Assembly (NCBI GenBank): GCA_965249485.1
Contig: OZ252239.1
Location: 3,643,587-3,707,586 of the forward strand
Source: a bacterium
GTDB taxonomy: Bacteria > SM23-31
Length of the DNA stretch: 64,000 nucleotides
Direction: 5' to 3'
Made by a program: the position numbers and the translations under genes. Below the pieces are notes generated by a model. That model ran no database searches and was not told the origin of the DNA. It saw nothing but the letters and a program-made list of their open reading frames with translations. Positions 49,478 to 59,358 of this stretch are shown here, piece by piece; the first letter of the stretch is position 1; each line of letters begins with the position of its first letter.

Positions 49478-51196
49478 ATGCGTATCGTTTTGATTATCGC
49501 GCTCTTTCTCCAGTTTACACCTCTGGAAGTATCGGCGCAATACCTCAAAAATGAACCCGTTGACGGTTTCACATATGACTACGGAAGATGGCCCTATCCG
49601 CTCAATGAAGAGGTTGGTGTACGATTGAAGGAATTGGCAGATAAATATCCGGACATCGCACGGATTCATAACCTTGGGAAAACCCGCAGGGGTAAAGACC
49701 TCTGGGTAATGGAAATTTCCAACATTAAGACCGGCCCCGGCACAACGAAACCGGGACTCTGGATGGACGGCAATATCCATGCTGGTGAGTTAACGGGTCG
49801 GCAGTATCTGCACTATTTCATCGAGCGGATGCTCTATAGCTATGGTAAAGATGATAATGTTACCCGGCTCATTGACACACGCACGTTTTATATTATGCCG
49901 GTGTTTGATGCAGACGGCGGTGATATGCTGCTGTCACGACATCCTGCCTGGCCGGGACATAATCCGAGCGACATTCCCGGAAAAGATCTCAATGGAGACG
50001 GCTACATCACACAGATGCGGGTGAAGGATGATTCCGACGAAAACGGTTACCGGTATTATCTCGAAAGTCCGGAGGTGAAGACTGGCTTCTTCTCATCTTT
50101 CCCGCCGTTTCTGAATAGAAAGATGCGTAACCGTGTGACAGGAGAACGAGAAGGTGCGGATTTTAACCGGAACTGGTCTGCCGGATGGCGTCCGCAGGAA
50201 CCTGGTGCCGGATCCCGCCCGTATTCACTTCCCGAAGTTGCCGCTGTTGCGGATTTTATCGAAGAATTTAATAATATCTATTTCACCTACACTATCCATT
50301 CCGGCGGAGGTTCACGGAGTTACATGGTACGGCCGCCGATGAATGAACCGTACGAAACAATGCCGCCAGAGGACAACCACTTTTATGTACGCTCGGGCGC
50401 TGTTTGGTCGTATCTGAGCGACGGCGGTATTATGGAGAACAACTACTACAGTTTTCTGTTCAACACGAGTGAGATAAACCCGGAGACAGGAGAACAGTAC
50501 GGATACCGGGATACAATGTACGGATTTATGGACGATTGGGCCTATATGCAAGCAGGAATACATAGTATCACACCCGAGGTAAACGGCTCAGCGCCAGATT
50601 ACAATAATGACGGATGGATTAGAGAAGATGAAATTGACAAATGGCACTGGGAAGAAAAAGACGGTCAGTATTTTTCTCCATGGACTCCATATAACCATCC
50701 GGCTCTCGGTAACGTTGAGATCGGGGGTGAGCGGGGCATTCCTCCGGCAGTTGACGGTACGCTTAAAATGCATTGTGAGCAACAGTTCGATTATCTCCTC
50801 TATATTGCCGACCTTTCTCCCCTGCTCCGTATTGCAGATGTAAGTGTTGAAGAGGTTTCACGCAGAGAATACCGTATCACCGCTTATGTCCGCAACGACG
50901 GATGGCTCTCAACTTATGTGACCCAACGCGCAATCGAAATCAAGCGTGATCTCCCGGCAGTAGCCGAAATTGAAATAAAAGGCGGTGAGTTGATTGATGA
51001 TGAATCACTTAAGCAGATCGGCCATATTAAAGGTAAACTCGTCTATATCCGATCGTGGGGCGGGGGCGATGACCAATCGACAGAGTCGGTGTCGTGGGCA
51101 GTCCGTGCAAGCGGTTCCGGGCCTATCGAAGCGACCATCAAGGCGTGGGCACCAAAAGCTGGACGTGATATACAAACACTCACTATCGATCAGTAA
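49478..51196 (+). CDS. Secreted M14-family zinc carboxypeptidase-like protein, paralog 3
   Basis: Signal peptide. HxxE (NIHAGEL), DADGGDM, TIHSGGG and TPE motifs. RBS GAGGAGG. Confidence 0.7.
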   Translation: MRIVLIIALFLQFTPLEVSAQYLKNEPVDGFTYDYGRWPYPLNEEVGVRLKELADKYPDIARIHNLGKTRRGKDLWVMEISNIKTGPGTTKPGLWMDGNIHAGELTGRQYLHYFIERMLYSYGKDDNVTRLIDTRTFYIMPVFDADGGDMLLSRHPAWPGHNPSDIPGKDLNGDGYITQMRVKDDSDENGYRYYLESPEVKTGFFSSFPPFLNRKMRNRVTGEREGADFNRNWSAGWRPQEPGAGSRPYSLPEVAAVADFIEEFNNIYFTYTIHSGGGSRSYMVRPPMNEPYETMPPEDNHFYVRSGAVWSYLSDGGIMENNYYSFLFNTSEINPETGEQYGYRDTMYGFMDDWAYMQAGIHSITPEVNGSAPDYNNDGWIREDEIDKWHWEEKDGQYFSPWTPYNHPALGNVEIGGERGIPPAVDGTLKMHCEQQFDYLLYIADLSPLLRIADVSVEEVSRREYRITAYVRNDGWLSTYVTQRAIEIKRDLPAVAEIEIKGGELIDDESLKQIGHIKGKLVYIRSWGGGDDQSTESVSWAVRASGSGPIEATIKAWAPKAGRDIQTLTIDQ

Positions 51197-51237
51197 ACTG
51201 CATGGCTCTGACCGAACGATGCTATGATGCACTTTAG

Positions 51238-51279
51238 AAAATTCTGCCCCGAATAAAGGTAATTCGGAGCAGAATTTTA
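51238..51279. terminator. Rho-independent terminator closing the amidase–M14 gene array
   Basis: AAATTCTGCCCCGAAT-aaaggta-ATTCGGAGCAGAATTT, a ~15/16-bp stem with one mismatch, followed by a short T-run. Confidence 0.6.
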
Positions 51280-51440
51280 TGTTGCAACAAGATCTTAAAT
51301 ATAATTTAAAAAGCGATCATCAGATTTACTCATTCTCAGATTGGCAATGCTTCTATAAATTACCTACGTGCGTTAATCTTTGTTCGGATTATATAATTTC
51401 TGCAAATTTGTTCTTTATTTTGCAATTAAATTTATATAAC

Positions 51441-51469
51441 TTAACAGGTTGTTTAAAATTGCCTGTTAA
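51441..51469. promoter_or_regulatory. Inverted repeat TTAACAGG-N13-CCTGTTAA upstream of the DapA-family gene
   Basis: 8-bp perfect arms ending ~24 bp upstream of the ATG at 51493. Candidate operator. Confidence 0.35.
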
Positions 51470-51492
51470 CGTTCAAAGCTTAAGAGGATTCT

Positions 51493-52386
51493 ATGAGTTT
51501 TTCTGGTATTTATCCCGTTGTTCCGACTCCATTCGATGAAGACAGTAATTTAGATGTCGAAAGCATCAAAAAACTGATTCCGCTTCTTATTGAATGTGGA
51601 GTTGACGGTCTTACGATTCTCGGAGTGATGGGTGAAGGACATAAATTGACCGATGACGGTAGAGCGCTTGTTATTGACACCTACCGGTCAAATGTGCCGA
51701 AGAATATAGATCTTATCGTTGGTGTCCGCGCTGCCGGGACAGATGCTGCTATTCATGCCGCACGAAAAGCAGAAGGGTACGGTGCAGAAGGACTGCTTGT
51801 CGGTCCTCCTTTTGTACAGCACGACGATGTCATTTATTCGTACTACAAACTGATAGCACAGTCTGTCGAAATACCGATGATCATCCACGATTATCCGGCT
51901 GAGACCGGCATTCTCATGTCGTCGGAGCTGATTACCCGGATATTCAATGATAATGACAATATTCCCTACATCAAATTAGAAGACCCACCCACCGGTGCGA
52001 AAATGGATGTGCTCAAGCATATGACCGATGGGAAAATAAAGGTATTTGGCGCACTGGGCGGGATGTTTGCTTTTGAAGAACTCGACCGCGGTGCTGTCGG
52101 TATTATGACCGGATTTGCGTATCCTGAATTTCTGGTAAAGCTTTACAATTTGTTCAATGAAGGAAAAAAAGATGAAGCGGCGCACCTGTTCTATGATATT
52201 CTCCCTTTGATTGCATTTGAGTTTCAACCGAAAATTGGTGTTTCACTCAGGAAACATATTTATGTTCAGCGAGGTGTATTCAAAACAACAAAAGTCCGGC
52301 ACCCCGGTCCCGAGGCGGATGAGAAGACAATCGAACATCTCCGCCGTGTTCAGGAACATCTCAGAGCAAAAGGTTATGATATGTAA
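51493..52386 (+). CDS. DapA/NAL-family (dihydrodipicolinate-synthase-like) Schiff-base aldolase
   Basis: 297 aa. N-terminal motif YPVVPTPFDEDSNLDVESIKKLI…GVDGLTILGVMGEG. Predicted Schiff-base Lys in IPYIKLED. Confidence 0.7.
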   Translation: MSFSGIYPVVPTPFDEDSNLDVESIKKLIPLLIECGVDGLTILGVMGEGHKLTDDGRALVIDTYRSNVPKNIDLIVGVRAAGTDAAIHAARKAEGYGAEGLLVGPPFVQHDDVIYSYYKLIAQSVEIPMIIHDYPAETGILMSSELITRIFNDNDNIPYIKLEDPPTGAKMDVLKHMTDGKIKVFGALGGMFAFEELDRGAVGIMTGFAYPEFLVKLYNLFNEGKKDEAAHLFYDILPLIAFEFQPKIGVSLRKHIYVQRGVFKTTKVRHPGPEADEKTIEHLRRVQEHLRAKGYDM

Positions 52387-52410
52387 TTGTTCCTACATAC
52401 ATAGTAAGTA

Positions 52411-52447
52411 AAAAGGTTGCCTGAATTTTTCGGGCAGCCTTTTTTTG
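52411..52447. terminator. Bidirectional Rho-independent terminator
   Basis: AGGTTGCCTG-aattttt-CGGGCAGCCT with G·U wobbles, followed by TTTTTTT. Sits between convergent genes. Confidence 0.65.
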
Positions 52448-52585
52448 TTGAAATGATCTCTTAAAAGAAGATATTTCTCTGATTTTTCAGATTAATGTGT
52501 ACTGCTTTATCACAGTGTTTTCGCAATTACTGTAGAGAGAGTGCCACGTCGCTTAGTTCCGTGCCAATGACATTGTAAAAATTAA

Positions 52586-53869
52586 CTATCCGGCTTCTTT
52601 TATGGTTTGATTATACGGCGAATCTGGAAAGTTAGGGAGGGTTGAGTTGCCATAAGGGATAACGAGTGCTTGTGCGGATTCGCCCTGTACTTCCAACGCT
52701 TTGTCAAATGCCTTCTGCACCGAATCGAAAGTTTTCATAAAAATGTTATCTTTGATTTCGTCCGGCAGGCTCGATACGAGATAAATTTCAGTGTTTTTGA
52801 AAATGTGCGCCAGCCGCGAAGCTTTGTGACGACCTAATACAAAATCGTGTTTGATCTCATCAATGAGATCGTCGAGAGGTTTATCTTCCGTCATTGCTTC
52901 CGCAAAAAGCGATTCACCAAGTCCGTCTCTACACTCTGCACACACCACAATTATCCCACCTTTTTTCAATGCGAGAATGCCGTTTTCGATGGCTTTGTTT
53001 GTCTGGTAAAGATCGATGTCTTTCGGTGCACCACCCGGCGAGATGACCACAATATCGGCAAGATCATCAATATCAATTCGAAATATATTATCAATGTATG
53101 AGATTCCTTCCCGGTGGGCTTTGTAGACATCCCCTGCAACCACTTTAATTATTTCCTTCTGGCTGTTGAGGATCGCATTGACCATGTAATCCACACCGAT
53201 TATACCGCCAATTTCGTCAAGGTCTTCACGGACCGGGTTTCCATCTATTTTACCGACTCTGGCATCATCATCAAAAGAACGCTTATGGTTCGCTTGAACG
53301 GTTTCTCTGCTGCACACTCCCGGTGCGACGGCCTTTGCTCCGCCGCTATACCCCGCAAAAAAGTGGAACTCAATATTTCCCGTGGCAATCAAAAAATCAG
53401 CATCTACCACCTCTTTGAATACTTCAATCGGTGTTCCCCGTTTTGAAGTACCAATATTCACACACTTTTCACCGTCATGATTGACACACCGGATCCGGTT
53501 GAAGATATCCTCGCCGACAAGTTTTTTCATCTCGTCATTAGTCTGTTTTCTGTGAATCCCCAGTGCAAAGACGATTGTTATCTGCTTATCAGCGACACCT
53601 GCTTCGTTGAGCTCTTCAAGGATCGGCGGCAGAAGAATATGCGAGGGTGACGGCCGGGAGATATCGCTGGCAACTATAACCACATTATCCATCGGTGAAA
53701 CAGAATTCTTTAACAGTCTGGTTCCGATTGGATTTGCCAATGCACGTTTCACTTCGCCGATGGGATCCGACACCGCTTCCACGTCACGGGGAAGCAGTGT
53801 GTCCCGGCAATTTTTGTCGGGAATGTTGATCTCTGCTGATAATTGTCCGTATTTGAGTGTGGATTTCAT
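52586..53869 (-). CDS. LarA-family (nickel-pincer-dependent lactate racemase-like) 2-hydroxyacid racemase/epimerase
   Basis: 427 aa. DUF2088-type N-domain with the ALGIHR motif. Layout and length match LarA. Confidence 0.7.
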   Translation of the reverse strand: MKSTLKYGQLSAEINIPDKNCRDTLLPRDVEAVSDPIGEVKRALANPIGTRLLKNSVSPMDNVVIVASDISRPSPSHILLPPILEELNEAGVADKQITIVFALGIHRKQTNDEMKKLVGEDIFNRIRCVNHDGEKCVNIGTSKRGTPIEVFKEVVDADFLIATGNIEFHFFAGYSGGAKAVAPGVCSRETVQANHKRSFDDDARVGKIDGNPVREDLDEIGGIIGVDYMVNAILNSQKEIIKVVAGDVYKAHREGISYIDNIFRIDIDDLADIVVISPGGAPKDIDLYQTNKAIENGILALKKGGIIVVCAECRDGLGESLFAEAMTEDKPLDDLIDEIKHDFVLGRHKASRLAHIFKNTEIYLVSSLPDEIKDNIFMKTFDSVQKAFDKALEVQGESAQALVIPYGNSTLPNFPDSPYNQTIKEAG

Positions 53870-53882
53870 GACCGCAAACTTT

Positions 53883-54770
53883 CTAATTCTTCAGCAGTTC
53901 GCTAACCATTCCGGGAATATCCGTGAGCTTATCGGCAACATGAATGCCTGCTTCAGTCAGGATTTTTTTCTTGTACTTTGCTCCGCCCTCACCGCCCGGT
54001 GAAACGATGGCACCTGCATGTCCCATACGTTTTCCTTCCGGTGCAGCTTCACCTGCAATATACGATATTACCGGTTTTTTCACATTTTCTTTAATATACG
54101 CAGCGGCGGTCTCTTCTTCATTACCCCCAATTTCGCCAAGTATCACAATTAAATCTGTTTCGGGATCGTCTTCAAACAGCGGAACAATATCAACAAATGT
54201 CGAACCCGGAATCGGATCGCCACCAACTCCAACAACGGTCGACTGACCGATACCGTTTAAAGTAAGATTATTTGATGTCTCATAGGACAGGGTTGCACTT
54301 CTGGACATAATACCTATATTACCCGGACTGTATATGATTTCCGCCATAAATCCGACCTTTGACTTTCCGGGAGCAATAATGCCGGGTGTATTCGGTCCTA
54401 TCAACGTGCAGTTTTTCTTTCGGGCATATGAATAGCAGTAATTCATATCCGCAAAGGGAACACCTTCCGCAACTGTAACTACAAGCGGCAAATCGCTATC
54501 GATTGCTTCCAATACAGCATCTTTTGTAAATTTCGGCGGTACAAACATAATTGATGTATTCGCTCCTGTTGCATTGACCGCTTCCCGAACAGTATCGAAC
54601 ACCGGGATTCCATAAACTTCTTTGCCCTTTTTCCCCGGGGTTACACCGCCGACAACCTGTGTTCCATAATCGAGCATCAATTTTCCATGAAATGTACCTT
54701 CCCGACCGGTGATACCCTGTATAATTACTTTTGTGTCTTTATCAATTAGAATGCTCACAAGTCTACTCAT
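53883..54770 (-). CDS. sucD: Succinyl-CoA synthetase alpha subunit
   Basis: Start assigned to MSRLVSILIDKDTKVIIQGITG, which matches the canonical SucD N-terminus. This ATG is embedded in the sucC stop region (GAGGATGAGTAG), giving an 8-nt overlap and translational coupling. The longer ORF-track start at 54815 is probably spurious. Confidence 0.85.
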   Translation of the reverse strand: MSRLVSILIDKDTKVIIQGITGREGTFHGKLMLDYGTQVVGGVTPGKKGKEVYGIPVFDTVREAVNATGANTSIMFVPPKFTKDAVLEAIDSDLPLVVTVAEGVPFADMNYCYSYARKKNCTLIGPNTPGIIAPGKSKVGFMAEIIYSPGNIGIMSRSATLSYETSNNLTLNGIGQSTVVGVGGDPIPGSTFVDIVPLFEDDPETDLIVILGEIGGNEEETAAAYIKENVKKPVISYIAGEAAPEGKRMGHAGAIVSPGGEGGAKYKKKILTEAGIHVADKLTDIPGMVSELLKN

Positions 54771-55899
54771 CCTCCAATAGCTTAACCGTTTTTTGCACGG
54801 CTTTTTCAAGATCAAATTCTGCTTCTATCCCGGCTTCCTTCAAAATCCTGACTCCCTCTTCTCTATTCGTTCCATTCAACCGGCAAATAATAGGAATATT
54901 TCTTGGGATCGAATCCAGCGCACCTGCCACACCGTTAGCGATTTCGTCACACCTCGTTATTCCCCCGAAGATGTTGAAAACAATCGCATTGACATCTCTA
55001 TCCTGTTTCACAACACTCACCGCACGCACCACTTTTTCCGATTTGGCACCACCGCTTAAATCGAGCATATTTGCAACATCTGTATCATATTTTTTCAGCA
55101 GATCGAGGGTGGCAATGGCAGTTCCGGCACCGTTACTAATGATTGAAACCCTGCCGCTCAGTTTGATTACGACAAATCCCGCATTCTTACCAATCAACTC
55201 GATCGGGTCTTCATCATCCTGATCCCAGTATTTCATCAGGTTTTCCTGACGATATCTGGCATTATCATCCATCTCCAGTTTCCCATCAAGCGCTACGAAT
55301 TCACCCGATTCCAACAGTGCCAGTGGATTAATTTCTACCGTCAAGCAATCGCCGTTAACATATATATCATATAAATTTCGTACGATAACCTTAAGTTGTG
55401 AGACAAGGCTTTTGTCGAAACCAACCTGTTGAGCAATGGCATTGAAGTGAAAGTTCTGGAGTCCCAGCACCGGATCGATATCGATCATCGCGATGTTTTC
55501 CGGTGATTCTTTTGCGACCTGCTCAATATCCATACCCCCTGACGGACTAAATATGATGGTCGATTTTTTCTTTTTTCTGTTTAGTGTCACACCGAGATAG
55601 AATTCCTGCTTAATAGGCGCTTTCTGTTCGATGAGGACTGTCTTGACTTTTTCGCCTTTAATATCAAATCCGATCAATTCCTCGGTTGTTGCGCGGGCTT
55701 CTTCGGGGTTCGAGGCAAATTTAATTCCCACTGCTTTTCCTCGGCCGCCCACATGAACTTGCGATTTTACGACTACGTCTTTACCCACTTTTGCAACGTA
55801 TTGTGCGGCTTCATCGGGTGTCGATACTACACATCCATCGGGAGTAGCAATTCCGTTCTCCCGAAAAATTTCTTTTACTTGGTACTCAAAAATCTTCAT
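54763..55899 (-). CDS. sucC: Succinyl-CoA synthetase beta subunit (ATP-grasp)
   Basis: 378 aa. N-terminal motif MKIFEYQVKEIFRENGI. Confidence 0.9.
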   Translation of the reverse strand: MKIFEYQVKEIFRENGIATPDGCVVSTPDEAAQYVAKVGKDVVVKSQVHVGGRGKAVGIKFASNPEEARATTEELIGFDIKGEKVKTVLIEQKAPIKQEFYLGVTLNRKKKKSTIIFSPSGGMDIEQVAKESPENIAMIDIDPVLGLQNFHFNAIAQQVGFDKSLVSQLKVIVRNLYDIYVNGDCLTVEINPLALLESGEFVALDGKLEMDDNARYRQENLMKYWDQDDEDPIELIGKNAGFVVIKLSGRVSIISNGAGTAIATLDLLKKYDTDVANMLDLSGGAKSEKVVRAVSVVKQDRDVNAIVFNIFGGITRCDEIANGVAGALDSIPRNIPIICRLNGTNREEGVRILKEAGIEAEFDLEKAVQKTVKLLEDE

Positions 55900-56483
55900 G
55901 CTACAACTTCACTTTCGATAGTAATAGGCTTCGCATTTTTCGCTAATTCGATTCCGAGCTCGAAAGCAGTTGTATTGAGTTCTTTAAACCGTGGGGGAAC
56001 CCGGTTCAAGACCGATTTTTTCATCGTTTCAAGTTTGATAAGATCGGTCATTGCCGTCAGTGTACCCAGAAATGCAATATTTGTCGGTAGTGTCGTGTCA
56101 AGCTTTTCCTTTACAAGTTGTGTAAACGGGAAGGCATAGACATTTCTCGAATCAAACGGTGGAATATCTTTCACCATAAATGAATCGACAATGACCAGAG
56201 CATCTTTTTTAATCGTTTTATAGTGCTTTGTTGTGGCTTCCTGATGAATTGTAATAAAGATATCGGGTTCCTGAACATTTAAGTCGTAGACCTCACCCCG
56301 GCTGCAGATTAGTTCACCAAGACTTGCGCCACCCCGTGCTTCGATACCGTGCGATTCAGATGTGATAACATGATAGTCTTCTTCTGCCAGAGCTTCAGCC
56401 AGAATAATACTGGCAAGTACTAATCCCTGACCACCTGATCCGCCAAACCGAATTTCAATACGTTCATGGTCTCTAAAATTCAT
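55896..56483 (-). CDS. korC: 2-oxoacid:ferredoxin oxidoreductase gamma subunit
   Basis: 195 aa. Gamma-subunit fold (GGQGLVLASIILAEA). Overlaps the adjacent genes by 4 nt. Confidence 0.8.
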   Translation of the reverse strand: MNFRDHERIEIRFGGSGGQGLVLASIILAEALAEEDYHVITSESHGIEARGGASLGELICSRGEVYDLNVQEPDIFITIHQEATTKHYKTIKKDALVIVDSFMVKDIPPFDSRNVYAFPFTQLVKEKLDTTLPTNIAFLGTLTAMTDLIKLETMKKSVLNRVPPRFKELNTTAFELGIELAKNAKPITIESEVVA

Positions 56484-57343
56484 TTCATTGCTCCTACTTC
56501 ACTAAATTCGCCCACTCCGGAATATTTTTTGTCCTCGGCTTCCTGAAATCCGGTTACTTCATCATAATGTTCAATATATTCCCGTAGCTCTACTTCGCGC
56601 AAAATTCCACGGACCAGTTTTCCCTTTAATTCTTCAGGTGATAAGCGCTCTGCCTGCCGTGGAGTAATGGTGATTTCATTCAATCTCTTCACCAAATCGA
56701 CCGTTGCCGACATCTTATTGCGCCGTCCAAAATGGGTCGGGCATGTTGTCAGGATTTCAACAACCGAAAAACCTTTATGCGCTATCGCTTTTTCGATAAT
56801 CTGGTCCAATTTCATGACACGGTACACGTCTGCCCGTGCGACAAACGTAGCACCTGCGCCGATAGCCAGTTTGCAGATATCCGATGCCTGTTCAATCATA
56901 CCATACGGCGCTGTCGAGGCAAAATATCCTTCAGCCATTGTCGGTGCGTACTGACCGCCAGTCATACCGTATATCTCATTATTAGCAACAATTGCTGTTA
57001 AATTTACATTTCTGCGGCATGCATGGATAAAATGATTTCCACCAATAGCAACTGCATCTCCATCACCCATAAAACAGAGAACATTCAATTTGGGGTTAGC
57101 AAGTTTAATTCCCTGGGCAATCGTCAATGCTCTCCCATGAGGCGTTCTAATTGATGGAAAGTTAAGATATATCGGCAAACGCCCTGCACAACCGATTGCG
57201 CAGGTCATGATAGTCTGACTCTGAACCAATTTCAGATTGTCAATGGCTCTCACCATTGCTGTCCAGGCAACACCGTGGGTACACCCGGGACAGGTGAAAT
57301 TGGGCATCATATCCATTCGTAGATATTTATCTAATTTACTCAT
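56480..57343 (-). CDS. korB: 2-oxoacid:ferredoxin oxidoreductase beta subunit (TPP-binding)
   Basis: 287 aa. Motifs CPGCTHG and GDGD. Confidence 0.85.
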   Translation of the reverse strand: MSKLDKYLRMDMMPNFTCPGCTHGVAWTAMVRAIDNLKLVQSQTIMTCAIGCAGRLPIYLNFPSIRTPHGRALTIAQGIKLANPKLNVLCFMGDGDAVAIGGNHFIHACRRNVNLTAIVANNEIYGMTGGQYAPTMAEGYFASTAPYGMIEQASDICKLAIGAGATFVARADVYRVMKLDQIIEKAIAHKGFSVVEILTTCPTHFGRRNKMSATVDLVKRLNEITITPRQAERLSPEELKGKLVRGILREVELREYIEHYDEVTGFQEAEDKKYSGVGEFSEVGAMK

Positions 57344-57357
57344 ATCTATCTCCTTAA

Positions 57358-58521
57358 TCAGCTGATAGCTTTATACTGTTTTACATTGTTGTTTACTACT
57401 TTTTCGATTTTTCCATACAGATCCTTGACGGTAATCGTATGGCTCGAAACCTTGTTGTATTGTACGACTTCCGCACGGCCTTCAATGGCTTCACGGACAA
57501 TACCGGCAACCTGACCGAGATTCATTTCCGCAACGATAATAGTATCAACTCGTTCTGCGATTGCTCTGATTTCTTTAGTGGGGAATGGCCACATGGTAAT
57601 CGGGCGGAAATATTCGACTTCAACACCATTTTCGCCAGCCATTTTTACTGCTCCTCTACCCGGCCTTGTTGTTGAACCGAATGTCACGAGTGCAATCTTC
57701 GAATTTTCTTTTTTGATATGTTCATATTGGATGATATCGTCATAATGTTGATCTAATTTGCTGTTGATTCTTGTAATACATTCCTCAATGGTAGCCGGAT
57801 TCAGATCGGGAAATCCTTTTTCACGGTGAATCATTCCGGAAATGTTATACATGTATCCGCCGCCGAGCGGAGGCAGAATTGGAATTCCTGTATCATCAAC
57901 CCGGTACGGCAGGCACTCTTCTTGAGGAGGAGCATTGCTCCGTCTATCAATAACTTCAATTTCATCCGGATCCGGAATTTCAACTGTTTCCCGCATATGC
58001 GCCAGTGTTTCATCACCCAATATGACAACCGGAACCATGTATTTTTCAGACAGATTAAAAGCCCTGACAGTTTGGTCAAACATTTCTCGTACCGTTCCGG
58101 GACAAACAGCAATCCTGGGACTTTCACCATGAGAACCCCATTTGGTCTGCATGATGTCACCCTGCTGGGGCTTCGTTGCACCACCGGTACTTGGACCAAC
58201 ACGCTGCGCATTGTAGATGACAATTGGCAGTTCAACCATGGAAGAATAACCGAGAAGTTCCTGCATTAGACTGAATCCGGGACCGCTTGTAGCAGTCATT
58301 GCTTTTTTCCCTGCTGAGGATGCACCGATAATGCAACCGATACTTGCAATTTCATCTTCCATCTGAATAAACCGTCCGCCAGCCTTGGGTAATTTTTTTG
58401 ATAATAAATGGATGACTTCGGAAGACGGTGTAATCGGGTAACCTGCAACCACCTTTACACCTGCAACAATAGCAGCTTCCGCAACTGCTTCATTTCCCGC
58501 AATCAATATTTTCTTACCCAT
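57358..58521 (-). CDS. korA: 2-oxoacid:ferredoxin oxidoreductase alpha subunit
   Basis: 387 aa. N-terminal motif GNEAVAEAAIVAGVKVVAGYPITPSSE. Confidence 0.85.
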   Translation of the reverse strand: MGKKILIAGNEAVAEAAIVAGVKVVAGYPITPSSEVIHLLSKKLPKAGGRFIQMEDEIASIGCIIGASSAGKKAMTATSGPGFSLMQELLGYSSMVELPIVIYNAQRVGPSTGGATKPQQGDIMQTKWGSHGESPRIAVCPGTVREMFDQTVRAFNLSEKYMVPVVILGDETLAHMRETVEIPDPDEIEVIDRRSNAPPQEECLPYRVDDTGIPILPPLGGGYMYNISGMIHREKGFPDLNPATIEECITRINSKLDQHYDDIIQYEHIKKENSKIALVTFGSTTRPGRGAVKMAGENGVEVEYFRPITMWPFPTKEIRAIAERVDTIIVAEMNLGQVAGIVREAIEGRAEVVQYNKVSSHTITVKDLYGKIEKVVNNNVKQYKAIS

Positions 58522-58741
58522 TGATTTTTACCTCTTCTTCTTCTAATTCCGAAGCTTTAAATACTTCAATTGCAACATTGGGACAGCGTAATTCACACAG
58601 CATACATTCTGTACATTTCTCCAGATTAATTACTTCCGGATGCCCCTCACTGTCAGGAGCCAATACTTTTGGTGCACAAAAGCTGATACATATTGAGCAT
58701 GGCAGTTTGCACCATGCTTTATTTATTCGAATCTCTGTCAT
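58514..58741 (-). CDS. korD: 2-oxoacid:ferredoxin oxidoreductase delta subunit (2×[4Fe-4S] ferredoxin)
   Basis: 75 aa with two CxxCxxCxxxCP clusters. Confidence 0.8.
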   Translation of the reverse strand: MTEIRINKAWCKLPCSICISFCAPKVLAPDSEGHPEVINLEKCTECMLCELRCPNVAIEVFKASELEEEEVKING

Positions 58742-59358
58742 AATCTATCTCCGGATTCTCTCCAGTCATGCAGTTTCCTTTTGACTTTATGTTGATTTTT
58801 ACTCAATTCCTGATCCTTATATTTAAAATTTTAGCATATTACAGAAATAAATAAAAGATTTGATTATCATCCACTCTAAATGGCAAAAACTATACCTGAA
58901 AATCAATATAACAAAAAAATACTTTTTGAGCACTTTTTCAAGGCAAATGGAAACGCAAAAACTACCCCGATTTCCGATTTTTGAGAAATTGATCAAGAAC
59001 TATTGTTAAATATAGCAAACCGTTTAATAAAAAACATATTTCCATGCTTTTTTTGATCCTAAAAGCCTTTCGCATGTCATTCTCTTGAACACAGAACACC
59101 AAATAATAGTTGCAGTAGATTCTTGTAATTTCACCAATGAATGACTGCAAATTGCAACACAATTACCGCGGTCGTGATGTACAAAATTAAACTTAAAAAA
59201 TAAACAAAAAATGGTCTTATAAAAGACACATCCTGTGTTAAATCATACACTGACCGATTTTTCTTGAATTTTATTTTTAGATTGTGCATATTATAGGTTG
59301 TTAAATTATCATACAGATCGTTATCACCTTTCCCCAAGTGCACTTAAATGATGAGAGT

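Noticed and set aside
51279-51539. 86-aa ORF immediately after the M14 terminator
   Set aside because: It starts inside the terminator hairpin and overlaps the DapA-family start. Its translation is low-complexity. Most likely spurious.
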